The position numbers and the translations under genes are program-made. 64,000 nt of DNA from Patescibacteria group bacterium (GTDB taxonomy: Bacteria; Patescibacteriota; Gracilibacteria; UBA1369; PNNO01): the NCBI GenBank assembly GCA_042568205.1, contig JBHPJE010000004.1, positions 1,280-65,279 of the forward strand. Reading direction: 5' to 3'. Under the pieces are notes generated by a model. It saw only the letters and a program-made list of their open reading frames with translations, made no database searches and was not told where the DNA came from. Below, piece by piece: positions 44,165-53,866 of the stretch. Every line of letters starts with the position of its first letter. Positions within the stretch are counted from its first letter, which is position 1.

Positions 44165-46879
44165 TTATTTACGTTTTCTTCTCATCCAAGCACCACCTAA
44201 TGCTACTCCAATTAATGGAATAATCAGTCCAGGACCAGTTTGAGGTGTAGCAGGTGCAGCGTGTAATGGATCACCAGCAGCTACATAAGTTGGAGCTGGC
44301 TCACTTGGCTCATCAGGTGCAGCGCCATGTACAGGGGCTGGAACATCTGGATCAGCTGGTTCAACTCGCGTTCCACCACCAGGTCCATTTCGATCTCTAT
44401 CATCTGGTGGAGTATAAGCTATTGAAGGTGGAGGCTCTTCTTCTTCCGGAGGGGTATAAGATAAAGAAGGTGGAGCGTCCTCTTCTTCAGGAGGTGTATA
44501 AGATAAAGAAGGTGGAGCGTCCTCTTCTTCAGGAGGTATATAAGATAAAGAAGGAGGAGTGTCATTATCTACAGTAACTGTGAATGTATCTAAACAATCT
44601 GTAAGTGGTTGTTGAGTTTCTGGATCTAAAGCAACTACTTCAATTGTCTCAGAATCATTAGTAGTTGGTCTTCCATTCATTAAGACTGTTAAAGCATCTA
44701 TTGTTAAAGGATTTGCAGAATCAAAAGTAATATCTGCATTTCCTGTAGTTGTTGAATAAGTTAAATTTGCCCAAGATCCTTGATCACCATCTATTTCAAC
44801 AGTTAAAGGTTGATCAACAAATCCACCAGCAGGAATAACAAACGCTGCTGATCCTTCTTGATCTGCTTCTGCAGGAGAAACAATACTTAATGATCTACAA
44901 ACTGGATCTGAAGGTTCCGGAGCTCTTGAAATTACTATTGAATCAATACATTCTGTCATTGGACGTCCTGTTACTTCCATAGCCTGAACCGTAAGCGTTA
45001 CAGGATCATCTACATATGGATTACCTGATAAACTTACCGTTTTATAATCTGAATAAATATTTGAGTCCTGCCCATCAAATACAAGTGAATCATTTGAAGC
45101 AAATATATGATAATTTGCAACATTGTCTGTTCCGGTAACTGTAAATTCTACTTTATCAGTTGTAGGATCAAAATCTTCTGTAATCTCCATATCATCATTA
45201 GAAGGCAACGTTATTTCTAAAAGTGAGCAATTTTCCGGTTCCGGTGCTTTTCTTGTAACTGTAATTTGATCTTTACACTCACCTATTTGATTACCACTGT
45301 CATCTACAGCTTGTACAAAAACAGTAACTGGTTTATCAAGTTCCGGACCACCACTTAATGATACTGAATTTTGATAAGAAATTACATCAGCGTCTTTACC
45401 ATCAAATACAAGTGAATCATTTGAAGCAGAAATTCTATACGCAGTACTTTCGTCTGTCCCGGTTGAAGTAAATTCTACTTTGTCAGTTGCAGGATCAAAA
45501 TCTTCAGAAATTTCCATACTATCTGTTGTAGGTTGGAGAATATCTATAGTTGAGCAATTTGGTTCTGGCTCTGGTGCACAAACTGGGTGAGTATTAAGTA
45601 CATCTTGCAATATTGAAAGTATTGTTGGAGATAGAGTAGTTGATTGTGCATAAGCTATTGTCAAAACACCTTCATTAAAATATACAACAGGGCTGGTAAT
45701 TGCTGATGCTGATGTTGCACCTGTAGCGCCAGTTGCATTTCTAATAGCTGTACTTGCTGGAAATAATGATAAAATATCAAAACTTGGATTATTTACAAAA
45801 GCTTCAAGTTCTACACATTGACAACCAGTAACGTATTCTCCTGCTAAATCCTTTAAATATGCAGTATATTCAGATTCAAGGGTCCCTCCTGCTTCTTGTG
45901 TTGATTTATCTATATCACTCATAACCTGAGCAACTAATGCTAATAAATTAAATTGGTTATCACATCCAGTACATTCTGCTTGATATTCGACAGCAACTTG
46001 CTTTGCTGCTACTAAATTATTTGTCTGTAAATAAAAGATCTCCTTATAAAGCTTTTCCTTACAAGTTGAAATACAACCCTCTTCAACCATCTTTAACAAT
46101 ACTTCGTTGAATTTGTCCCAATTTTTAGCCGTATATGCAGTTTTAAAATCATTAATATAATTATTACATCTTTCTTCTTGTGTTAATGGAGCTTTTTCAC
46201 AATTTTGAGCATACCAAATGTTAATACCTGTTGCCATTATTACATCCAATTGTGTCCTAACAGTTGGATGATTCAAATTATTCGCTGCTCCTGCTTTAAC
46301 TACATCTTGTGTTAAAGCACAATAATTTACAGGTTTACAAGATCCTGTTGCACCAACAATATTAGTGAAGATACTCGTATCATTACATGTACATGGTATT
46401 GGAATACGTAAAGGATTTTGGTCCTGACCATAAGTTGGTGTAAGTCCTAAACTTGCATCACAAACGCAAGAGGTTCCGTCAGATACAAGACCCCTGTCTG
46501 TAGGACATACCAAAGTGTCTTTATCACCAGTAACTAAGATTAAACCATCAGCTCCGATACTCTCACCTGAAGTTGTAACACCACTTAAAGTCCTTTCTGC
46601 AGGTTTTTCAACGTGTGTAAGAGTAAACCCTTGAAATCTTTCAGAAGTCTGAGAGTAAATAATCGCACCTACAATGGCAGCAATTACTACTAACACAGCA
46701 AAAAATGCAATTATTTTACCAGTAGTAAAAAATGGCTTTTTTTCTTTTGGAGCTTTTTTAGCCTCGACAGGCTTAGCAACTTCTGCCTTTGGAGCTTCAG
46801 GTACAGCAGGAGTAGGTTGAGTTGTTTCAGCAGGCTTCTTCTCTTCAGGAGAAGAGCTTGAAAGTAAAGGATTTTCCAT
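44165..46879 (-). CDS. surface protein with N-terminal TM anchor, duplicated ~110-aa modules, Pro/Glu tandem repeats and LPXTG-like C-terminal sorting signal (904 aa)
   Basis: C-terminus ..ATPQTGPGLIIPLIGVALGGAWMRRKRK (motif + hydrophobic segment + basic tail). Repeated modules ..DFDP.TDKVEFT.TGTD......ASNDSLVFDG.D... PPSLSY[IT]PPEEEDA repeats. Confidence 0.8.
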   Translation of the reverse strand: MENPLLSSSSPEEKKPAETTQPTPAVPEAPKAEVAKPVEAKKAPKEKKPFFTTGKIIAFFAVLVVIAAIVGAIIYSQTSERFQGFTLTHVEKPAERTLSGVTTSGESIGADGLILVTGDKDTLVCPTDRGLVSDGTSCVCDASLGLTPTYGQDQNPLRIPIPCTCNDTSIFTNIVGATGSCKPVNYCALTQDVVKAGAANNLNHPTVRTQLDVIMATGINIWYAQNCEKAPLTQEERCNNYINDFKTAYTAKNWDKFNEVLLKMVEEGCISTCKEKLYKEIFYLQTNNLVAAKQVAVEYQAECTGCDNQFNLLALVAQVMSDIDKSTQEAGGTLESEYTAYLKDLAGEYVTGCQCVELEAFVNNPSFDILSLFPASTAIRNATGATGATSASAITSPVVYFNEGVLTIAYAQSTTLSPTILSILQDVLNTHPVCAPEPEPNCSTIDILQPTTDSMEISEDFDPATDKVEFTSTGTDESTAYRISASNDSLVFDGKDADVISYQNSVSLSGGPELDKPVTVFVQAVDDSGNQIGECKDQITVTRKAPEPENCSLLEITLPSNDDMEITEDFDPTTDKVEFTVTGTDNVANYHIFASNDSLVFDGQDSNIYSDYKTVSLSGNPYVDDPVTLTVQAMEVTGRPMTECIDSIVISRAPEPSDPVCRSLSIVSPAEADQEGSAAFVIPAGGFVDQPLTVEIDGDQGSWANLTYSTTTGNADITFDSANPLTIDALTVLMNGRPTTNDSETIEVVALDPETQQPLTDCLDTFTVTVDNDTPPSLSYIPPEEEDAPPSLSYTPPEEEDAPPSLSYTPPEEEEPPPSIAYTPPDDRDRNGPGGGTRVEPADPDVPAPVHGAAPDEPSEPAPTYVAAGDPLHAAPATPQTGPGLIIPLIGVALGGAWMRRKRK
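44406..44573. repeat. four tandem copies of a 42-bp repeat inside the 904-aa gene
   Basis: Copies at 44406-44447, 44448-44489, 44490-44531 and 44532-44573. The two middle copies differ at one position. Encodes the PPSLSY-PPEEEDA units. Confidence 0.85.
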
Positions 46880-46974
46880 GTTTATATTTGTTATTTATTT
46901 AATTAAAAATGGCACAATACCATTAGTATATTATACCATCTTAGTTGCGTTGCGTCAAATTTATTGACTAGTTC

Positions 46975-47088
46975 TTATTGTTGGAATAGAACCGAGATTG
47001 CAGGTGCAAAACTTGTAAGCATTAGCGAAATAATTGCTAATAATCCCACAATTCGCACTACTTTCTTTTGTCCTTTATTTAAAGCCAT
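46975..47088 (-). CDS. possible 37-aa membrane peptide (MALNKGQKKVVRIVGLLAIISLMLTSFAPAISVLFQQ)
   Basis: ATG at 47088 and TAA at 46975-46977, in the gap between two co-directional surface genes. Basic N-terminus plus one TM helix. Below the ORF-track length cut-off. Confidence 0.3.
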   Translation of the reverse strand: MALNKGQKKVVRIVGLLAIISLMLTSFAPAISVLFQQ

Positions 47089-47094
47089 AATGTA

Positions 47095-49347
47095 TTAGTT
47101 AGTTAATTCTCCGGAAACTGTAATAAATTGAGATGTCACATCAACAACATTTTGTGCATCAGCTATCTCAAGCACTACTTCATATGAACCTGGTGCTTTA
47201 AATATATGATTAGGTTTATGCTGTGTAGATGTTTCTCCATCACCGAAATCCCACTTATACCTTGCTATTGTACCAGTAGAACAAGAAGGATTAAATGTTA
47301 TATTTAAAGGAGCATCTCCTTCAGATTTAGAAGGTTCAAAACATGATTTTAATGGCACCTGTCTTACACTAATTAAAATATCAGTAGTTTCCTCAACATT
47401 ATCATTGGTTCTTACTTTAACTTTTGCAGTAAAATTACCTATTTTCCTATATTGATAAGTAACCTGCCCAGTATCACTTCTTTTTGGAGATCCATCTCCA
47501 AAGTCCCATTCATAACTAACAATTTGACCATCAGCATAAGTCGAGCTGGTTGCGTCAAATTCAACAGTTAAAGGCACTACACCAGAAACTGGTTCTGCTA
47601 ATAATGTAGCTTGTAAACCAGGTGATTCTGCTTTAACAAGTAAAGTTTCTTTTCCTTCAAATCCTGCTGAATCTACAACTACTAATGTAACATTATAGCT
47701 TCCAACAGTATTGAATGCATAAGAAGTTGTTTCACCAACAGAATCATAGGCTCCATCACCATCAAAATCCCATTTATAATCAACTATATCATCATCAGGA
47801 TCTGTACTTGAAGTTGCATCAAAATTCACTTCAAATGGAACAGTTCCTGTAATGAAATTATCATCTTTATTTGCTTTTTCTGGATTTGTAATCATTACTG
47901 CTTCAGGCGAAGAAGGCGCTAATTCAACATCAAGCACCATTTCTGATGTAGCAGTTTTATTTTCTTCATCAACAATCGTTAATACTACTTTATATGTACC
48001 GGCAGCACTAAATGAATGCTGAGCAGTTCTTGTTCTAGCTTTTGAAGTACCATCACCAAAATCCCATTCATAATTAGTGATTGTACCAGCAGGGCTTGTA
48101 GATTTAGAAGCATCAAAAGTATAAGTTTTATCTACATAGAATTTACTTGAATCATCATTTAATATTTCAATTTCTGCATTTGGTAAATTGCTTCCAGAAA
48201 CTTCAATTTTCTGTTCAGCAATTGCATATTCACCTTTTTGATTAGTAACCCGAAGAGTAACATTATATGTACCTAATTGATCGAATGTATGACTAAATAC
48301 TGGTCCGCCCTCTTCAAATCCCTGACCATCAATTTCCCAAGCATATGTACTAATTTGACCATCTGGATCCATTGAATCAGATCCATCAAACGTTACCCTT
48401 AATGGGGCTTCACCCTCAACAACATCTGCAATAATTATTGCAGTAACTGCTTCATCACCAATTGTAACTGTATGTTCAATTGTTTCACTTGATTCAGAAC
48501 CATCATTTTTATTCTTAAATGTAAGGATTAATTTAACATCATATCTGCCATCACCTTTTCTTTCGTAAATGTGAGTTTCAAGGCTTGTCCCAGGCCCAGA
48601 TTGACCATCACCAAAATCCCAAAAATACGAAATAACATCAAATGCTCGTGAATCATAAGGAAGATTTGAAGCATCAAATGTTACTTCAACCGGAGCAATT
48701 AAATTTATTGTTTCTTCAGGGATTGTAACAAGGCCTGAAGGTTTTGGTTCTGAAGGAATTTGCTGATTACTAAGATAGAACCAAGCTCCAATCCAAAGTC
48801 CAATAATAATTACTAATACTCCAAATGCACTACCTGCAAGCATGTATCCTCTTTTCTTTGCAAACTTATCCTCTTTTCTAGCCATTAAAGCTTTGAAAAT
48901 TCCACCAATCGACATAATAAATGCTACAAATGCACCAATTCCAAAGAATAAGTTAACAATTGTGATTAATGTGTTAATCAATTGTTGTTGATTGATTCCC
49001 AAAGATTGAGCAAGTGCACTTGATCCTGTTCCAGCTGTTCCAACAAAAACAAAGATTAATACAAGTAGCAGAATTGTTCCGCATCCAAATGTTCCTCCAC
49101 ATCCAATTATCACTTTCTTATTTCTAGCTCTTTCTTTTTGAATCATTTCTTCTTTTGTAAGAACTTTTTTTACACCTGGTTTTTGTAGAGGCTGTGGCGC
49201 TGGCTTCGCAGGTATTTGTTGTTGCGGCGCTGGAGCTGGTGGGGGCGTAGGTACCTGCGCTGGTTGCTGAGCTGGTTGCTGCGGTGCAGCTGCTGGCTCA
49301 GTGCCAAAATTTGCAGGCTGATTATTAGGTTGATTTGTTTCTTCCAT
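47095..49347 (-). CDS. membrane-anchored protein with Pro/Gln-rich N-terminus, pilin-like two-helix hairpin and six PKD-type domains (750 aa)
   Basis: Six WDFGDG-type motifs (YFWDFGDG, YAWEIDGQG, YEWDFGDG, YKWDFDGDG, YEWDFGDG, YKWDFGDG). Hairpin LINTLITIVNLFFGIGAFVAFIMSIGGIFKALMARKEDKFAKKRGYMLAGSAFGVLVIIIGLW. Confidence 0.85.
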   Translation of the reverse strand: MEETNQPNNQPANFGTEPAAAPQQPAQQPAQVPTPPPAPAPQQQIPAKPAPQPLQKPGVKKVLTKEEMIQKERARNKKVIIGCGGTFGCGTILLLVLIFVFVGTAGTGSSALAQSLGINQQQLINTLITIVNLFFGIGAFVAFIMSIGGIFKALMARKEDKFAKKRGYMLAGSAFGVLVIIIGLWIGAWFYLSNQQIPSEPKPSGLVTIPEETINLIAPVEVTFDASNLPYDSRAFDVISYFWDFGDGQSGPGTSLETHIYERKGDGRYDVKLILTFKNKNDGSESSETIEHTVTIGDEAVTAIIIADVVEGEAPLRVTFDGSDSMDPDGQISTYAWEIDGQGFEEGGPVFSHTFDQLGTYNVTLRVTNQKGEYAIAEQKIEVSGSNLPNAEIEILNDDSSKFYVDKTYTFDASKSTSPAGTITNYEWDFGDGTSKARTRTAQHSFSAAGTYKVVLTIVDEENKTATSEMVLDVELAPSSPEAVMITNPEKANKDDNFITGTVPFEVNFDATSSTDPDDDIVDYKWDFDGDGAYDSVGETTSYAFNTVGSYNVTLVVVDSAGFEGKETLLVKAESPGLQATLLAEPVSGVVPLTVEFDATSSTYADGQIVSYEWDFGDGSPKRSDTGQVTYQYRKIGNFTAKVKVRTNDNVEETTDILISVRQVPLKSCFEPSKSEGDAPLNITFNPSCSTGTIARYKWDFGDGETSTQHKPNHIFKAPGSYEVVLEIADAQNVVDVTSQFITVSGELTN

Positions 49348-49361
49348 ATTATTTAAATTAT

Positions 49362-52300
49362 TTATTCATTTAGAGAAAGTTTATAAAGACTTAAGCTTAT
49401 AATACCAAATAAAAGTATGCTTACAAGGATTGTTGAAATTTGTCCACTTGCAGAACCTAATAAATTTACCTGCATATTGCTTAGTCCTTGGTCAATATTG
49501 TTATCAAAAATAACATTAACTTCCTTCATATCGATTCCACCATCTTTACCATAAACTGTTAATCTTACTTTAATTTTTTCAGCTTCAGGATTAAAAGTTG
49601 TTGTATAAATACCTGCTTTTGATGTTACATAATCTTCATCATCAGCTTTTCTACCATTATTATTAGAATCTACATAAACATTATTATCAAAAACATATTT
49701 TTTAATACTTCCTTCTGAATTTGCAAAGTTAAAACTTGCCTCATCAAAACTGCCTTGTAGATGAATTGCCCCATCTTCAGGACTCAAAGCTGGATCTGTA
49801 AGGAAATCTGCCTTTAGATCCCCTACTGCTTCCTCGACTTCACCAGAATCTTTCACATTAACAAATTTAACAACTTCAGATTCACTATTGTAATTATCTG
49901 TAACAATTAATCTAGTTCTATAAATTCCAGGTTGTTCATAAGTCCAAATAGGATTTTTTTCAAATGAATCAATATCATTATCCAAAATACCATCTGCATC
50001 ACTATCAGCACTTGGTAAATTACTACTTAAATCGAAATCCCATTTAAATGTATCAAGAACAGTTCCTGCTACTTCATCAGCAACAGAATTATTAATGAAT
50101 CCTATTTTATTAGTTCCGATTTGAACAAATCTATAATCAGCAATTGGCTCACCAGCGCTTACATCAACATAAATTTTAACTGGCAATGAAATTGATTCTG
50201 CAAAGTTATCATCTATTACTTTAAGTCTTACATTAATACCTTCATCATCAGGTTGTGTATAAATGTGTGAAATTGTAGATTTAGTAACTTCTTCATTATT
50301 TCCAAATCCATCACCTTCAAAATCCCAGATATAACTTACTATTTTGCCATCAGGATCATACGAACTACTGGTAAAGTTAACTGTATCTCCTGCCATAACA
50401 CTTGATCGATCAACATTAAAGTTAGCAACAGGAATGTCATTTGGCCCGTTAATAACTGTAACTGATGGAAGTACATTTTCTTTAAGAATTTCTCGTGCAC
50501 TTATTGTAAAGTTTTCCTGATCAGTCATTTGAAGACCAAATTTATAAGTAACTGGATCACCTTCAGCCCCTCTTGTACCAAGAGTAACTACGGCTTGTGG
50601 ATCCTGAGTTATTGTATGCCCCATAGACATGCTTGAATCTTTTTCGTTGTAATACCACCATAGATATTTAACGATTTGTCCGTCTGGATCCTTTGCCCCA
50701 ACAGCTTCAAGCTTAACTCTCACTGGAGTAGTTAAATCGCTTTGCTGAGGAACTGCAGTAAATGCCTGCATAGTTGGAAGCTCTCCAACTACTTTAATAT
50801 TAATACCTGCAACTGAAGTTCTAGTTAAGTCATCTTTATCCAGCACTTTTAATGAAGCATAGTAATGACCAGGATCTTCTGGACTTAAATCAGTATAAGT
50901 ATGAGTTATTTTTTTCTCTGTTGATCTTTGAGTATCTCCAAAATCCCATTGATAACCAAGTCTTCTACTTGTTCCATCAACATTTAAAGATCTTTCTGCA
51001 TTAAATACAATTACAGATTTTCGATTCACTTCAATTGGCTCAGTAAAGTCATATATTTCATTCCCATCTACTTCAACTGCGATAACAGCAACAGGGCTAT
51101 TAGCATCACCTATAACAATTCTACGTTTAATTGTATTTTCATTATCTTCTCTATCAAATACAGTCAAACGAACATCGTAAGATCCTGCTAAATCGTAAAT
51201 ATGCTTAACATCAGTTCTACCACCAACCATATCACCTGAAACATCGGTAGTTTCATCTCCAAAATTCCATTCATATGCAACAGCGTTTTCAGAAATTCCC
51301 ATAAAATCAATAGTTGTCTCACCATTTTCATCAAGAATTCCTGCAGCCTGTTCTACATTTCCAAAAGCAACATCTAAGATACTACTAACTTGAATAATTT
51401 GTTCATGAATTATTCCTGGATTTTCAGGTTCATTCAAATCATCAACTTGAAGTGAAACTTTGTAGTCTCCAGTTCTAAAAAATTTTAAATACATTGATTC
51501 TTTATTAGCACCTTCTGTATCAACTTCTCCAGTTAAAGGATCAATAAAATCATAATCTTCATCAATTGCATGCACTTTCCATTTATAAATATACTGTCCA
51601 GTTTGTATATTTCCATCAGGATCCAAGCTTTGCGAACCATCTAGATAGTAAATATGAGGCTTACTGTTGTCTGGATTAGTAAAAATAAACTTAGCTTCAG
51701 GGGGCTGAGATTCAATTGTTAAAACAGATGAATCTGTAGCAACGTTCCCTAAATTGTCAGTCACTCTTAAATTAACTGCGTAAACTCCTGGGCTATCAAA
51801 AGATTTTATAAAACTTTGGTCGGTTTCCTCAGCAGCATATCTTAACTGCGTATTATTAATTTTCCAATTATATCCAGTAATCTGACCTCCATCTGTAGAT
51901 GAATTACTTGCATCAAAAGTAATATCTTCGTTTATTCGTGCAACATTACTAGGTAACACATCAACTCTAGCAGCAGGAGAATCAACGACTACTTCAAATA
52001 CTTTTCTATCTTTAATTCCTCTTGAATCTTCAACTTCAATTACAACAGGATATGTTCCTTCTTCACCGTAATAATGTGTTTGAATATCCTGAGCAACCAT
52101 TTCTCCAAAGATTCTATCGCTTCCATCTCCAAATGCCCAACCAATTGTTTGAACATATGTTTCACCTGCTTCCTGAGCTTGTTCTGTTTGGAATCCTCCA
52201 CGAGTTTCAGAAGCATCAAAAGTAATACCAATGTCTCTTGCTTCTGTTAAAGTTACATTTAATCTATTTTTATCAATTACAAGGAATCCATCTTTGTAGA

Positions 52301-53804
52301 AACTCATGTAACCAAGATATCTTTCCCCTACTGCAACCTGTAAATTTATTTGAGATGCAGGTGGTTTAATTGTGATGTCCTTATATGCAATGCCTGAGGC
52401 AATTGCATTAGTTGAATCACCTTTAATTTTTAATTTGATAATATATGAACCAACTTTTCTATATACATGTGAAGTAGCGAATTTCCCTTCAACTAATGTT
52501 CCGTCACCAAAATCCCATTCAATATCTCCTTCATTAATACTTTGGAAATCCGGTCTTGCAGACTTCAATGCATCAACATTCACTATTAATGGTGCATTAC
52601 CTTCATCAACATCAGCTGAAATAACCGCTGCAACAAACTGAATATTCATCACAACCTGATGGAGTTCGTTTAATGCTTCTAATGCATCAACTACTTTTAC
52701 ATTTGAAGGAATATCAAATGCTGTTGGGATTAATAATTCTAGTGCATCAACAGCCCTATCATAAGCAACTCCAAAATCAGTTTCAGCAGTTGTAACTAAT
52801 CCTGATTCATCAATTAAAGCTTTTAAATCTTCTAGATTATTCAGAATTTCGTCGATTTTATCTGCAAAGTCTAACAAGTTTGCTCTCCAAATACTTTCAC
52901 CTTCTGGACCAGCTTGTGTTAGATAATTATCAATATTTAATTGTAGTTCAGCACTTTCATCAACCCACCAAAAAGTCCAATCGTCTTCTAATTGTTGTTG
53001 AGATTGTCTTAAGAAAATATCCACATAATCTTCTGCATCACTTGATACTTCAGAAACTCTACTTAACTCTCCAGATGCATTTTTAACTCTTTGAAGTGCT
53101 CTTTTAATATCACTTAAGAAAACATGTAGTTGTTCTGCTCGATCAACATAAGGCACTGATTCAAGATCACCAAGTGCATCATTCACATCAACATAATGTG
53201 CGTAATTAGTTGCAAGATCACGTGCAGCCTTTTCAACTTGATTTGCTGCAGCAAAGAATAACCTTCTTACACTTTGAGTTTGATCACCTGTTAATTCACT
53301 TGGAGCAGAACTTGAAAGTGTAGTTTCAGTATCTGGGCCAAGATCAGTTCCTTTTCCTACTCCTTTTATTACTGTGTTGACTAAAGCATAAGAAACTAAA
53401 ATTATCACAATTCCAATAACTGCGTACATTACAGATTTTTTTCCTTTTGTTGTTTGTTCTTCAGCTCCTCCTGCAATTACATACATAAATCCTCCGTAAA
53501 TCACCATTATAACTGCAACAAGCCCAAGGAATCCAAGAACAAAGTTAACTGCATTAACAATAAAATCTCTTAAATTTGTTTGCTGAGTTAATGTAGGATC
53601 ATATCCTTCTGAACTTGGTGCTTGCAGTCCTCCCTGAAATTGAGTAAAGCTTGTTGCTTCCTCGCCTCCACAAGAGAAAAATCCACCAGTAGATTTTGCC
53701 AAATCTCCACAAAGATCCGCACTTGCGGTTTGTACAGATACAAAGAATGTCGCAATTAATGCGATAATAAATGTAAGTAATATGTATTTGTTTAGTTTCT
53801 TCAT
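49362..53804 (-). CDS. giant surface protein (1480 aa): N-terminal VirB2/TrbC-like pilin hairpin, helical region, about nine PKD-type domains, C-terminal TM
   Basis: Signal peptide. NLRDFIVNAVNFVLGFLGLVAVIMVIYGGFMYVIAGGAEEQTTKGKKSVMYAVIGIVIILVSYALVNTVI (nt ~53350-53590). Repeated [WF]xFGD-type PKD motifs. C-terminal ISTILVSILLFGIISLSLY. Confidence 0.85.
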   Translation of the reverse strand: MKKLNKYILLTFIIALIATFFVSVQTASADLCGDLAKSTGGFFSCGGEEATSFTQFQGGLQAPSSEGYDPTLTQQTNLRDFIVNAVNFVLGFLGLVAVIMVIYGGFMYVIAGGAEEQTTKGKKSVMYAVIGIVIILVSYALVNTVIKGVGKGTDLGPDTETTLSSSAPSELTGDQTQSVRRLFFAAANQVEKAARDLATNYAHYVDVNDALGDLESVPYVDRAEQLHVFLSDIKRALQRVKNASGELSRVSEVSSDAEDYVDIFLRQSQQQLEDDWTFWWVDESAELQLNIDNYLTQAGPEGESIWRANLLDFADKIDEILNNLEDLKALIDESGLVTTAETDFGVAYDRAVDALELLIPTAFDIPSNVKVVDALEALNELHQVVMNIQFVAAVISADVDEGNAPLIVNVDALKSARPDFQSINEGDIEWDFGDGTLVEGKFATSHVYRKVGSYIIKLKIKGDSTNAIASGIAYKDITIKPPASQINLQVAVGERYLGYMSFYKDGFLVIDKNRLNVTLTEARDIGITFDASETRGGFQTEQAQEAGETYVQTIGWAFGDGSDRIFGEMVAQDIQTHYYGEEGTYPVVIEVEDSRGIKDRKVFEVVVDSPAARVDVLPSNVARINEDITFDASNSSTDGGQITGYNWKINNTQLRYAAEETDQSFIKSFDSPGVYAVNLRVTDNLGNVATDSSVLTIESQPPEAKFIFTNPDNSKPHIYYLDGSQSLDPDGNIQTGQYIYKWKVHAIDEDYDFIDPLTGEVDTEGANKESMYLKFFRTGDYKVSLQVDDLNEPENPGIIHEQIIQVSSILDVAFGNVEQAAGILDENGETTIDFMGISENAVAYEWNFGDETTDVSGDMVGGRTDVKHIYDLAGSYDVRLTVFDREDNENTIKRRIVIGDANSPVAVIAVEVDGNEIYDFTEPIEVNRKSVIVFNAERSLNVDGTSRRLGYQWDFGDTQRSTEKKITHTYTDLSPEDPGHYYASLKVLDKDDLTRTSVAGINIKVVGELPTMQAFTAVPQQSDLTTPVRVKLEAVGAKDPDGQIVKYLWWYYNEKDSSMSMGHTITQDPQAVVTLGTRGAEGDPVTYKFGLQMTDQENFTISAREILKENVLPSVTVINGPNDIPVANFNVDRSSVMAGDTVNFTSSSYDPDGKIVSYIWDFEGDGFGNNEEVTKSTISHIYTQPDDEGINVRLKVIDDNFAESISLPVKIYVDVSAGEPIADYRFVQIGTNKIGFINNSVADEVAGTVLDTFKWDFDLSSNLPSADSDADGILDNDIDSFEKNPIWTYEQPGIYRTRLIVTDNYNSESEVVKFVNVKDSGEVEEAVGDLKADFLTDPALSPEDGAIHLQGSFDEASFNFANSEGSIKKYVFDNNVYVDSNNNGRKADDEDYVTSKAGIYTTTFNPEAEKIKVRLTVYGKDGGIDMKEVNVIFDNNIDQGLSNMQVNLLGSASGQISTILVSILLFGIISLSLYKLSLNE

Positions 53805-53866
53805 TATTTTATTTTAATTTTTCCTTATATTATAGCAGAAAATTAAGGTTTTTTCAATTGTAAATG

